Below are positions 1-13,240 of a DNA stretch of 64,000 nt, piece by piece. The first letter of the stretch is position 1. Each line of letters begins with the position of its first letter. The notes under the pieces are model-generated. The model saw only the letters and a list, made by a program, of their open reading frames with translations, had not been told where the DNA came from and made no database searches. This DNA is from Lingula anatina. Lineage: Eukaryota > Animalia > Brachiopoda. Both the position numbers and the translations under genes were made by a program. Location of the stretch: the NCBI GenBank assembly GCA_051362555.1, contig CM120640.1, positions 11,036,001 through 11,100,000 on the forward strand, written 5' to 3'.

Positions 1-3000
1 GACCTGTTGTGGGACCCATGGTCAGTTTGCTCCAGGGAGGAATCGGTCAGGTTGATTGGTACAATTTCCAGTGACTCTGAATCATTGAAGAAGTTGGACA
101 CCATACTCCAACGGGAACTAGTCATGGAAGGAGGGATCTGTGATCCAATTCTGGCTGGAAAAATGTCTTCTGTTCCTCTGTCAAAATGAAGTGGTCTTAC
201 CCTTTTTGTGCTTCTGTTTTTCTCTGCACTTGAGACACTATGAACAAGAACATACTCATTTTAACTCCAAAAAACACGTGAATACATTCATTGTCATTAT
301 AATACATTAGAAGTTATCTATGGTAGCACTCACATTGTTGAGATATTCAATAAAATTAATGAGTTACTTTTGTACTCACGTTTCAAAATCTCCATCCTCA
401 ATTACACTTTCGTCAAGGCTTTGTTCATGTCCACATATCACATCATCCAGGACATTCAAGGTGTCCTTTAAAGCATTATCTTCCAAGGAAATAGTAGGAC
501 TGTCTGTTGATCCTCCATTACCAGAACTTTTGGTGTTGTCTAGTGGGGAACCTGAACCAATCTCTACATGCAAGTTATTATGCCGACTGGCTGGAGTGGT
601 CTCATTTTCCACAGCTTCTGGAGGCTGAATAACAATATCATTTAAAATATATGTAGGAAAGGTAGACTCAAGTCTAGCATTTTATGCGTGTCTCAATGAA
701 GGTGAGATTATAACAAGCAGACAATGATTAAAAGAAGTTTCGTGATCTTCTGTTTGATCAAAACTGTGTTCTATTATAATTTTGATGTCTTTTGATACAA
801 TAATTTTGGACTGATTTGAACGAATTTATTGCATCTTTCAAGAACAAGAAAAGGTTTGAATGAGCATTAATGTTACGAAAGTGATTGTATAAACATAATC
901 GAAATAAGCAACATTACTATCTCCTTTACCTGCTCTGTAGATGTAGGCAAGGATATAGGAGGTCTCCTTGGAGGCTGGGGAACTGTGACTTGTCTAAGGG
1001 CTGACAGTCCTTTGGGTGTTCTGGACAGAGTACCAGCTCTTCTAATGGTTGGAAATGGGGATGCTGGGGGAGTGTGGCCAAAATCTGATGGCTGGTTGTC
1101 TTTTATAAACTCAAAAGCTGAGTCAATGGAACTGGTAGATGTGTTACCGAGATCATCATCTGACCCACTGAAGTCAATCAAAGTCTGCCTTTTCCCAAAT
1201 GTACCAAAGGAGCTGACTGAGATGGCGTCAGGATCAGGTGACTTAGTGGATATACCCTGGTCATCATCAGGTATGGAGGACAGGCTAAGCATGCTGACAT
1301 TATCCATATCTGCTAAGCTCCAAAGACTCTTGTTGATGTCAGGTGTAACTGAGGGGCTGTCTGTATCATTCATACTACTGATACCTCTGTAGTACTTCTG
1401 TAAAGTAAGCATGCAGTTCTCCTGTATAGCAAGAATGCAAGATGTGCTGTATATCTGCAAAGCCTTTAAGAATTGTTAACATAAATGGAAGCAATCATAA
1501 ACAATAACATCTAAAATTTAACCCATTCCAGATGCCAAAAGATTTTTCATCTGATATGCTTACTAGTATTAATATTTGATCTGTACTTAGTCATAAATTT
1601 CCAAACTCCATCCCAATCCTACAGCCCTGGTCACTTGATACAGTGTGGATTTACAAAACTTCTCATATCCATTCAACATTCAAAAATTTCAAATGTTATA
1701 ATTATTTAAGCATATAATTCTTGAAATATATATTGGTTTACCTTTGGGAGTGTTTTTTTATTCCATTTCTTAACAAATTTTTTAAACATCTCCTTGGCTT
1801 TAGTTGCTGACAGTTCTTCGAATTGCTTCTTTTTCTGAATAAATAATATATCATACAAAGAACATCAACATAAATCTGTTTAAATCAAATTATTTCTGTT
1901 ACCATGACACACATTTCATTTTACATGCCTAACAATTCTAAAATATCAAAGGGTGTATTCCCAGACATTTAGATCGATACAGAGATTAAGATTTAAATCG
2001 ACCTAAGGCCACACTTTTTTATTTTTATGGATGACATCCTCTGGGGACCCCAAAGTCGGTGCGAGCGGGCGAAAAAAAAAAAAACAGTCCAAAAAAAAAA
2101 AAAAACTGCTTAAGAAAAGTTATGTTTTCAGTACACAGCTGGAAACACTAATTTACCACAGAAACACGTATCAAACTAACAACATGTCTTTATCCATGCT
2201 CTCAAAATATTAAAGCATTGTGAATAGGGCCTACTTCGTAGAAAGGTAAAAAGTCATGAATATATATGCTGCATATTACCAAATCTATTTAAGGTTATTT
2301 CATGCATTCTGTTGGTATAGAAACCAATAAAACAAATATCAAATAAATAGCGTGTCTTTATTTGTACTCTCAGAAAATTAAAGCATTGTAAACACTTCAC
2401 AGAATTGTTAAAAAAATTAAGCAAAGATAGGCCTATGCTTCCTACTACTAAGGTAATTTCGGTCGATGCCATTTTGTCTACTTCGACTCACACGCTAGCA
2501 GCCAACTATCGGGTGGCCTGTCCGACCTTCAGTCCACCAAATACCGCGACGCTCTTGTCGACCCTTTTTTCGCTCCAAAAAGAAACTGGTATGTGCTGCT
2601 TTGGACAGAATGTCACTGAAATTTTCCGGGCGACGATTGCTGGCCGCGACCAGCCTTTCGTAAAATTGTAAAAGGGTGATATCTCCATGTCCAATATCAA
2701 TGGCAAACCAATCCAAAACGACGGCCCCCGTTCTCTTTATGACTTTAATTGTCGTGTATTTTGAAATTAATGCTAGAGATGAAGTTGACGGCAAAACGGC
2801 CATATTTCCATGTGGTGATAATACGCATGCGCAGAAAGCTCATTTTCCACACTCGGAACTACTCGGATGTCTCCGCAGTCGACAATGACAGTATGGAGCT
2901 TGCGGAATTAGCAGAGAATTGCCGATTGCATTTTCCGGCAAATTCAATAACGATGTTTGCGACAACCGACTTCCTTTGGGGGGGCGGTTTGGGGGGGGGG

Positions 3001-3806
3001 GGTTTTTTTTTTTTTTTTTGGAGAACGGACGAAAATCGGTGCGCGCGCAGGATGTCATCCATAAAATTAAAAAAGTGTGGCCTAACTCCCTGGGGATTCA
3101 CGTTAAATTGCAGTCAGCCAAGTGCGCACCATAGTTAATTACCCCCTTACAGCTTTCAGTAGGCGGGACAGACGCTTAAGCCGGCTAAGCTGACAGTAAT
3201 CTCGTGAGACTCCCCACAGGGATAGATCAATCTAAAATCTATGGAAATGGGGTCAAAGAGCCAGCAGGACTGGGGCCACAGGTCATGCAACCCTGTGAAC
3301 TGACAGATTACACAATATAATAAAACTTACTAAGATTACTACTTAATATAAAACTTGAAATAAAAACAAGATCATATTACCTCCTCTTTTAACCATGTTC
3401 TAAATTCTGTACTTTTAGACAGAAAGTCTGCCTTACATAGCTTATCTGAAAATATGAGAAATTTCACAGGCTTAACGAAAAACAAAATCTGAAATAAGTT
3501 TCACAATACATTTCATTAACAGATTATGCACTCACTTAAAATATCTTTACACATTTTAATTTTAATTTAGATAAATATTTAATGTGAGAAAAAGTTATCA
3601 GTATAAGAATATTGATAAAGATTTTTATCTTCAATTAACAGCTAAATATTAATATTGTTTACCTGTTGATTGAAGAAAAAATGGCTTTATTCTTATTACA
3701 TAACACAGCTCACTGCTTTTACTACAACCTCCTACTTTTGAAATATCACCAACAAAAGCCATCTTTATTGAAAACAAGTTTTAGGGATATCAAACATATT
3801 GTAAAT

Positions 3807-3837
<31 letters not shown>

Positions 3838-5356
3838 CTACAATAATTTTAATCCTTACAATGATAATATAATAATGATAATGATGATGACATTTACCAG
3901 TCTGTTCACATTTGTTACAAAGGCTACAACTTACATGTTTACAGTAATTTATATAGAGATCAGTTATTTATAGTGCTTACGCTGGACAGTTTTCATGTGA
4001 AGTTCTTTTTCTCTTTTCTTCTCCTGGTTAACTTTCTTCTTTGCAGCTAACTGTAATTTCTTTGGTGTACTTGAGGTTTCTAGATCTGAAATGAATTTAT
4101 AAAATTATGTTTTGGTACAAGATACAACAAAAACAGGTAACCTCAGGCCAGAATAAAATGTAGCATGAGTAAATGCTTTGGCTGACAATACATTTCCCAA
4201 GGGTGGTCCAAAACCTGTTAGATTCTTGACCATCCAAGTTAAGTAGATGTATTGTAAAAATAAAACCATATGAAACTTCAACCATATAAATAACTTGAGT
4301 AATTCTAACAAAAACTGAGAACAAAAAAGTCTAGTATACTTTATTTTTAATGGATGTACATTAAAAAAAAGTAAGAAAGACTCTCATTGAATGCAATCAG
4401 ATTAACAGATTAACACACTTTACCTATCTAAAATAGGTCTACAATATGGTCCAATAAGCTCTAAGAAACTTTTGGACCCATTTCAGTAAAAGCAAAGTTG
4501 ATATAAGACAAGGAAACATTAAAGAAGAGTGTTCTGCAGAATGTTCTCAAGACAGTTTATCTGGTTGAAACATTTATCTTTAATCTTAATTTTACTTTAC
4601 ATTGTCAGCCGTAAGGTGAGCCGTAATGGATATTTGACACATGCACTACTATACAAAAATCAACTCACCAGAACTTCCCGAAGAACCACCATCATTATCT
4701 GAACATGTTGTGGAATGCCCTCCACTTTTATTTGCTCTAAAAATGAAAAAGACAATGATTAACCTTATAAATATATAAACATATAACGCTGCTTGGGAAC
4801 AATCCTAAAATCAAATTTTAAGTTGGGTGTTCTTGCATAGTTCCTCTACTCCATATGTGGTAAAGTTCAAGTTTCTATGACATCATTAAGTGGCTGAAAC
4901 GCAAGTGGAATCTGAAAAATAAAAGACAGACATTGTGTCACTAAAACTTAAATAAAGTTTGATCTTAATGCCATAGGTTAAAAATTTAGATGGTTTAGTC
5001 ATAATCTAATATACTAGTATGTCGCTATCTGCATACCAAATTTCTCTCAAGCTCAGTTAGAAAAAAAAAAGATCATGTGTGCATCCTTGCATAAATTCTT
5101 CCTACTACCTTGAAACATGATTTAAGCCTTCAACATTTTAATAATAAATAGTCTTTGCCCAAAATGAAACGTGTTAAATGAAGGTTCGAAGTCATTGCCA
5201 TGTAGCGTTTATTTTCACATTGTCTACAAATCAAATCTATAATGACAAAATAACGTTACATGCAATATTATCAATGACGAATTTGCAGTAATAACATATG
5301 AATGTTTCATTTTTTATCCAAATTCTAATACTAATAAGGTATCCATACCTGCCCAT
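1..5356 (-). CDS. Uncharacterised spliced protein: N-terminal SCI1-like small helical domain followed by a long Ser/Pro/acidic low-complexity region; 3' end beyond window
   Basis: GT-AG exons join in frame: 5349-5356 (ATG GGC AG), ~4669-4736, ~3981-4085, ~3381-3445, 1742-1834, 930-1397, 380-624, 1-237. The joined protein contains KADFLSKSTEFRTWLKEEKKKQFEELSATKAKEMFKKFVKKWNKKTLPKKYYRG. Confidence 0.75.
2007..3082. mobile_element. Non-autonomous PIF/Harbinger-type DNA transposon (~1.08 kb) in an intron
   Basis: ~34-bp TIRs GGCCACACTTTTTTA(T/A)TTTTATGGATGACATCCT at both ends; TAA target duplication at 2004-2006 and 3083-3085. No transposase ORF. Confidence 0.85.
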
Positions 5357-5699
5357 TGTTCTTGCTACAGGTCAAGGATATATTTTATTGCGGACCTCGA
5401 AAAATGTCCTGATGGCTGACACAGTAAGTTGTCAAGCTGCCTGTATTTTTAAATTTGAAGTAGCCGCCATTATGGAAATGCACAGGCACCTGTAACAAAT
5501 CAACTACGATTTTGGTTAAATTCAGACAATTCATTCATATTTTGTTAAAAATATTAATACTAATTTTTAATAGTAAATAATTTGACTAATACATTATTTT
5601 ATATAGAAACGATTCTAAACTTTTAGATTAATAAATTATGCCTGTGTCAAACTTTACTGCCGTCTATCGACAATTTTTACGTGACTTAATTTCCTGAAA

Positions 5700-8600
5700 A
5701 TGGCTACCACAACACAAACTCGAAGGGGACAGGCAAGTTAATTTTTTTAATCAAACTGTATCGCGATAATCAGCAATAAGGCTTTGACATGTTTATTTAT
5801 TTTCAAGTTTGATTTTTTGTTTGAATTGTAAATTTTAGACAAGTGTCTCACTTGCTCACGCGTTTTCTTCCGTAGTTTATATCGATTCGGAATGCGCAAA
5901 ATTATATTGAGCTCGGTAGCCAATACCTAGTAATCTGATTTAAACACGTCAGGAGTTGTTGTCTGAAACGCCCTTTACTTTGTTGTGTTTGACGGTTTGT
6001 ATGGAGTTTTAGTTTTTTATCTTTGGAATAATTTCGGTTTCTATATATAATCACTCACACTCTTTAGGTCTGTAAGTTTTACTTTGAGCAGTGTAAAAAT
6101 GCATTCTCTTAGACTTCTGTATATTGTTGATTGTTTGAGCTTGCATCACATTTGTTTAAAATTGCAGATCACATTTGCAAACAGTACTAATATATATTTC
6201 ATTTATATAAAAATAATATTATCAAGAAAACTGTGGTGTTAATAGTACATGTATAAACTTAGCAAGTGAAACACAGTGCAATTGTACATTTTATCAAATG
6301 CAGGTAATGTTGGGGGATTTACCCCAAGACTTTCTACGAGTAACAGCAAGCCCTGAGCAGCAGCAGATGATGGCTGATGCACAAGCAGCACAGTACTTAC
6401 AGTATCAACAGCCTGGGTTTGGTTTTTATCCTGGCAATGCATCAGGCAGACTAAGCATTACGGTTTCACAGGTAATAGTAAGAAGTTTAATGTAGTTAAA
6501 TGCAGAATTTTTATGTTGAATAATGTCCACTAATTTTACTCTGTGAATTGAAATATATTTTAGAAAATGTTCGATTTGAAGCTTAAGGTTTTAATTTCAG
6601 GCAAAATTAGCAAAGAACTATGGGCTTACAAAGATGGATCCTTACTGCAGAATTAGAGTAGGGCACTCTGTGTTTGAGACTCCTACAGATCAAAATGGTG
6701 CAAAGAATCCCAGGTGGAATAAAGTGATTCAGTGGTAAGTGTCCAATACAACTGAAACTATAATCCCTATTTTTTCATAGGTGTAAGCCAAGTTTTAATG
6801 GTTAGTGAATTTCCCAAGAAATGCTGGTTGTTGATGAAGTGTTTCATGTTGTATCTTACTTTTTTCCAGCTATTTACCCCAAGGAGTGGATTCGTTTTAT
6901 GTGGAAATATTTGATGAGGTAAAGAAATTTGAAGTAGCTTTTTATTTTTACAGTCATCATGGCCTTATTACTAAGTGATGCTTGGAGTTTCTTTTGTAAA
7001 AAATTTTATGAAAGCATTTGTGGCTCATGATAGGAAAATAATTTTTACAAGATTTTGATTGATCTAATTTGCAAAAGAAAAAAGAAAATTAATTATTATT
7101 GATTCCAATGAAGTTATCAGACAAGTTCTTCAGATAAAGATTAAGATTTCTCACAGGAGTGATTTGTTTATGTTTCCAGAGGGCATTTTCCATGGATGAC
7201 AGAATTGCTTGGGGCATCATCTCCATTCCAGAGAGTGTTATGAATGGAGATACATCAGATGACTGGCATTCCCTAAATGGCAAGCAAGGAGATGGAAAAG
7301 AAGGAATGATCAACCTTATTTTATCTTACACTGTAAGATATATTGAATCTTGTGAAGGCTTATGTAATCCTTTTTTTTTCAGTCACAAAAACATTTTGAA
7401 TACAAATTTAAATATAATTCATATAATTTAAGATGTATGGTTTTGCAATGTCATTTTTTGTCAAAGTTGTAGAGTCATATTTATAACACCGTAGTGCATG
7501 TTCTTTTCCAGCTTTATCTAATTGCAAGGTTTTGACGAGTTATTAAGTGTAAAATAACAAATTACTTGGAAGTTCAGTTCCAATTTGCCTCATCTTCCTC
7601 ACTTTCAAATCTCCATGCATACTACTATGTGCTTACACAATGAATGAAAATGTGTTAAGAGGCTGGTCTGCATCATCTCTGAAACATCTTTGTCTTAATC
7701 CTATTAATAATGTTTTATTTATCTTCCAGCCTGTTCAGAATCTACCACAGCCGGCCCCACAGCCTGTAATGATGCAGTATCCTGTGGGCTACCAGCAACC
7801 AATAGTGATAGCCCCACCAGGTCAGCCTATCTATCTCCACCAGTCTGCTGTTGGTAGGTGGACACCCACTGTTGCCAGCACCTCCACAAAAATACAAAAA
7901 TTAGTATACTTATATTAATACCCAGAAAGTTATTGGAATTTCAGATAATAATATTTTGACTAGGTGTATAACTAAGAATAATCTTGGTTTAAATAAGTTT
8001 AAGTAAATGGATTTTTAAGTTTAGAGTTAAGTGATAAAAGTTATTTTGAAGTGGTCATGTGAGCCCTTATATGTAATACAGTAAATTATCACCATAAAAG
8101 ATAAATGTAAAAAGAATGATTCATGAGTCAAGTGCATTTATAGGACAGTTGTTAGTTGTTGAGCCAGTTAAGGCATGTTTTATGAAAATGCTCTTTTTCC
8201 ATTGTTTTATGCAATCATTTTATTTCCAAAAAAGAAATGTAAATGAGCTTTATATGTATTATCCATAAACACTTGTTTATCACAACAAAAGGTGAGTTAT
8301 TAAACGAGGTGCTGTCAACATGTGGAGAAGGTCTACAGCACAATTAATGCTTTTTGCACAACTTTTGTAGAATGAACTTTTCCAACAACCTAACTAACAA
8401 CATCAGATACAAGAATACTTTGTCTGAGTGACCACATGTATTGCTTTGCCTTTATATAGTAGTTGCATGCTTTAACTGTGTGTTGATTTAGTTCTCACAG
8501 CTGTCAGGTTTTTAAATTTTGAATGTGGGATGCACTTTTGTAAATGAAAAAATTGCACATTTTTAAACTCTAATTTAAACTCCAATTTCAATTCTGCAAT

Positions 8601-9503
8601 CTGGAAATTACTGACAGAAAGATTAAAGCAAGAATTGACTTTACAAAATTATATTTAAAAGTACATATTTTTTAATGATGAAAAATTACACCAAAAATTT
8701 GAGAAACTAGATTGCAATATTAAGCAGTGTTCTTTATTGTCACTGGATTCAAAATTCAAAAATAACTTCATTAACTATGTAGAATAAATGGAAAATGCTA
8801 CATTATGTTTAGAGGAATATGTTAATGTTTTTTTTTTATTGAGATAAAACAGGTAGTGACATGTTTCCATTAATGAATTTGTAATGTTACATGCTTTTGT
8901 ACCCTTCTGTACATTTTGAAGTTTGTGTTCAGATCTCTAGTTTCAGTCATCTGCTTTATCTCAATTATACCAAAATATGTTTAACATTTATGTTAGATGT
9001 GCTCATAATGTGTTCATGTTGTGTAAAAGGTGATGTCAACAACTTAAATTGTGTTCAGTGTTCATCGTAATAATTGTTATCAGACCTCAATTTAAATACA
9101 TTTTGAGTATTAGATTGGATTTAAATATATGTTATCTGTTAGCATAATTGTATACAAAGCTGAATTTGGATCGTCTTTTTACATAAAGATTCATATATTT
9201 AATGTTTTTCTGACAATTTGGTTTTTTAGACCTAATTGTAACTTTCTTATGCCTTTATAAGGTGGTGTTCCCGTATACTATCCACAACCAGTGGCATATC
9301 CGCAGCATCCACAGCAGCAGCAGCAAATGCCCCAACAGCCAATGTTTACACAGGAAGACATAAAGCAGATCAAGGATATGTTCCCAGACACTGACGAGGA
9401 AGTTATTAAAACCGTTTTGGAGTCCAATCGAGGAAATAAAGACAGAACTATCAATCAACTGTTGACCATTCAGGATGAAGAGCAGCAGCAACAGCAGCAG
9501 TAA
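5700..9503 (+). CDS. TOLLIP: Toll-interacting protein (TBD, C2 and CUE domains)
   Basis: Exons 5700-5732 ([11 protein letters not shown]), 6304-6471 ([12 protein letters not shown]...GRLSITVSQ), 6601-6734 ([19 protein letters not shown]...[10 protein letters not shown]), 6870-6918, 7180-7332 ([11 protein letters not shown]...[13 protein letters not shown]), 7730-7853, 9262-9503 (CUE: [32 protein letters not shown]). Confidence 0.97.
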
Positions 9504-11594
9504 ATCAAGATTTTTCCGTTTTGTTGTTTGTTCGTAATTTTTCATTTTGTAGTTCTGGTTGCCATTTACTCCCAAAGCTGAAATATGAATTTAAATAATA
9601 GTGACATTTTAAAGTAGATAAAATCAATTTAAGGCCATAATAATTGACTCCTTAATGTAGCAGCTTAAAAATAAGCAATTTTTTTCTTGCTTTGGATTTG
9701 TGATTTATATTGCATCTCCTCCTGGATAATTACTCAATAATATCTAGGACCTAGCATATTTATTGGGTCTTAGATAAGATTGAATATGTTATTGCAAATA
9801 ATTTGCTTAGTACTTATCTCAAGAAAGGATTAATATATCAAATACGTGTTGTAATGTAATATTCAGATTGTTTTCAAATTGTTGTTCAGCCTATTGCACA
9901 GAATGAAGAAACAAAAATGTGATGCTTGTGAGATATAGAAGCTTTTCTTTCAAATGAAAGTAATAATAATTTTGTAAATATTTCGAGAAAATGGCCAAGA
10001 TCTGTGCAATACTGATGAAATGATATGAAATGAACCTGAACTCCTCAAATTGACACCAAACCACATTTTATAAAAAGAAAAAAAATTCCAAAATAACTTT
10101 TTTGAAAAAAAAATTTCCTTGTAATGTGGACATTATTGTGAAAATCTTAGGAGAATTTATAGACTAACACGTCTTGGCATTAAAACGTAAAGCCAATCAT
10201 GTTTAGTCCCACTTTTGTGCTATTGTATTTTACGGTTGTATTTATAACCAAACACAGCAAGTACGTTTGGTGAAAGCTGCCATCATATATATGTAAAAGA
10301 TGTAATCGTGAAAGCCATGTAAATAAACATTATACCATTATGAAGTACAGCTTTCATTTTTAAAATTGTCCAGTAATTTTGGCATACAATTTATTAAAAT
10401 AAGTTTTGTCCACATTTTCTGAGGATCAAAATGTAAAACATTTTGGTTCTTGACTTTCAAAGAAAATTAGTGGTACACTGCCTAGAGATAGAAGGTCCCA
10501 CTGTCAGATGCTATCTTGACCAAGGGCATATGTTCACCATCTCTGTCTGAGTGCAAATTAAGCAGATCAACTTTATAAAATGATTCTCTAGCAAAAGATA
10601 ATCCAGTCCAACCCACTGATATAGGATTTGTTGAAAAAAAAAACTATATATTTGATAACAAACCAAATGTATTACATCATATTCACTTCTTACTGCATCA
10701 AACTTCATATCTATATAGAAGAACATAAATAAACCACTGGGTTTTAAAGATAAAGAATGACTTAAAGCTCAAAAAGGCATCTTTATACCCACTGTCAAAT
10801 CATGACATCTGTCTACAACATGCATATAAATTATATGATAAGTACAAAATGGTATAGTTTAAATCTCATTGGCACAGTAATCTTTCAAGTAACCTTTGAC
10901 AAGTACATCATTTTTTTTTTGTCCAAGAGGTAAATAATTATTTTAATTGTAGTATTGACAATAGTACTCTTTATGAGTGATCTTCACAAGAACTCTAATG
11001 CCAGCCCCTGTAACATTATACTAATTATTTTTTATATTCATTATTGTAAGTTTGTCTTGTATGCTTGTAAGTTGGCCCTATGAATACCACAGCACACCCT
11101 ACATGTTTTGGCTCTGGCCAAAATCCGTCATCTTGAATGTTTATGACAAACTTAAAGGGATAAAAACTCTTCGTATGAGGTATATATTTCACAATAAAAA
11201 CATTGTGAATAACTCACAGAAATATAACATATTCTGTTTTACGACAAAAACAGCAGTTATAGCTATTATTCTGATATCTGAGCTTGTCTTCAGACCACGT
11301 GACCTCCATTGATGGCTATACTCTGTTATAATCTCTTAAGAGATTTTAACAAAAAACCAAACTTTTTAGAAAAAAAACAGGGACTAACTTTGAATGTAAA
11401 AATGGATTCATTAACCATTGGTAAGTATGGGAAAATTGTTGTTTACTCTAGGAAAATTCATTTTTTGGCCAAAACGAAGAGTTATTATCCCTTTAATTCT
11501 GTCAGAAATAAGCTTCATTTGGTCATTGTTATTGTCAGATGAGGCTTGTTTTAAGAAATAAGAAGCTGGCTTGTACCAGAACATTACCAAATAA

Positions 11595-11691
11595 CCCAGC
11601 AAACACAGAGCGTTATTATGACATTACCATAACATTGATATAACCAAAAATTGTTATGGTAACGTTATACTAATGTTATATGTTTGCTGGG
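11595..11691. mobile_element. 97-bp MITE, CMC/EnSpm-like termini
   Basis: TIR CCCAGCAAACA...TGTTTGCTGGG, 2-bp AA flanks, internal (A)TAAC(G/A)TT-type repeats. Confidence 0.65.
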
Positions 11692-12011
11692 AAGTAACAA
11701 AATGAACATATACAGTGTGTGTGTATTTTTTCAGGGGGGGGGGGGGCACAACACTGATTGTCTTCATTTAATTGAACTCTATAACATCCATGAAAAAACT
11801 AATAGTACTGCTTTCAATTCCTTTCTTCCATGACAGAATTAAATTTTTTTCACCTCCTCATTTCCTGCCAGATGACACTAGTGTATACAAAAAAACTTTC
11901 AAGTTCAATGATTAAATACATATCTCCTCTTTTATCCTGTGAAGGCTAGGTTACAAATAAATTCAAACATAAATCCTCAGATCCTCACAACTCTGTTTGA
12001 AATAAAGTTAA

Positions 12012-13002
12012 AGACAGTCTCAGTGGGTTAGATTAATGTATAGAAGCAGGTTCTATGTAAAGCTTTGATCAGATTTGTGTTTTGTGAGATTGTTTATTAT
12101 TATATTAATAAGTCTGGGTCACAAAAGTCCTGTTAAGACAACTAGAATAAAGAATTAGAAAACGAAAACTATTTATCATGATTTCGGAGCACAGCCAGAA
12201 GTACTTCCGGCTCAAGGTCACGACCTCGATTTTCCCACGCTTACGACCAATCACAGCAGGCTTCAGTCAGAATGAGATAGACGTCACGACTACACAGCGA
12301 AACTTGTCAGACATGTAAGTGCCGCCTGTCCATCTTTTCGGTACATGTACCGATCAAAAATAGACAACGTAAAGCCCAAAACGCTCTTATACACGTAACC
12401 AACTTTGTATGAGCACAAATATTGTCATTTATTGTGAACAGGATAATATGATAATCAGACACACTTGAGACCTGTGAAGCGCATACTCACGTGTCGAGGA
12501 GTAGTTTCGCCATTGCCTCGTATGTGAGTCCTAACTCAGCTTTAAGTGTCCTCCACCGCCCCACCTCCCTCCCAACATACACAGTCTGAGTGCTTCTTCG
12601 TCTGTCTCTAATTTTCTTTCGTATCTTTCGAACTGGAGTGGCTATTTTCTTTCGTCCCTTTTTGTCGCTCTCCTCTTCAGACTTGACGCGCGTCTGAGCC
12701 ATGTTTGCTGTTTTGGCGCCAAATAGTAACATCCGGGTCTCAGCCGTAGTACTTCATTCATAGTAAACCGCGAGACTTAGCGAGAAATTGCGCGTTCTGA
12801 AGCCGTACTGTGAGGTGGTAGCTGAGTATTTAAGACGAGTCGTCTTTTATTATTTAATGGAACTTAAAAACGGTATTAGGTAGGTTCATTTTCTCAACGG
12901 TTTTGGATAGGATATACCTTGGTCATTATGGGGAAATTGGTGAGATTTCCAGGAAAATTCATTTTCGTGCTATTTTAAGGGTTTAACGCGCTGAGACTGT
13001 CT
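12012..13002 (-). mobile_element. Kolobok-type non-autonomous DNA transposon (991 bp) with residual short ORF
   Basis: TTAA on both sides (12008-12011, 13003-13006); AG...CT termini; TIR AGACAGTCTCAG(T/C)G(G/C)GTTA. Internal GC-rich ORF 12702->12491 (MAQTRVK...TVYVGREVGRWRTLKAELGLTYEAMAKLLLD) ends at a GTGAGT donor. Confidence 0.75.
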
Positions 13003-13240
13003 TTAAAGAGGTTCAAAATCACACAGTGGAATGGTTTTTAAATAACACTGATACAAGACTGAATAACAATTATAATATTATAAGACTTGAATCTTACACA
13101 GACTGTCAGGAAGAAAATCTGATCATTAATGACCAGTAGCCAGAAATAATGTCATCACAGATGAGCTTGGAGTGATTAAGGTTTATAGAGATTCACATAG
13201 TGTGGACATATTGATTTGCTGCTCGCACTCCTGGAGAACC

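Noticed and set aside
1398-1463. ORF-track N-terminus QIYSTSCILAIQENCMLTLQ as coding
   Set aside because: The TTTACAG acceptor at 1398 restores the contiguous ...TLPK-KYYRG motif; the upstream part is probably intron, though an alternative acceptor is not excluded.
2254-3138. Cluster of overlapping short ORFs
   Set aside because: They lie in a GC-rich non-autonomous transposon, include homopolymer-derived peptides, and show no domain motifs.
5340-5356. N-myristoylation signal on the SCI1-like protein
   Set aside because: Sequence is MGRANKS; Ser is at position 7, not the canonical position 6.
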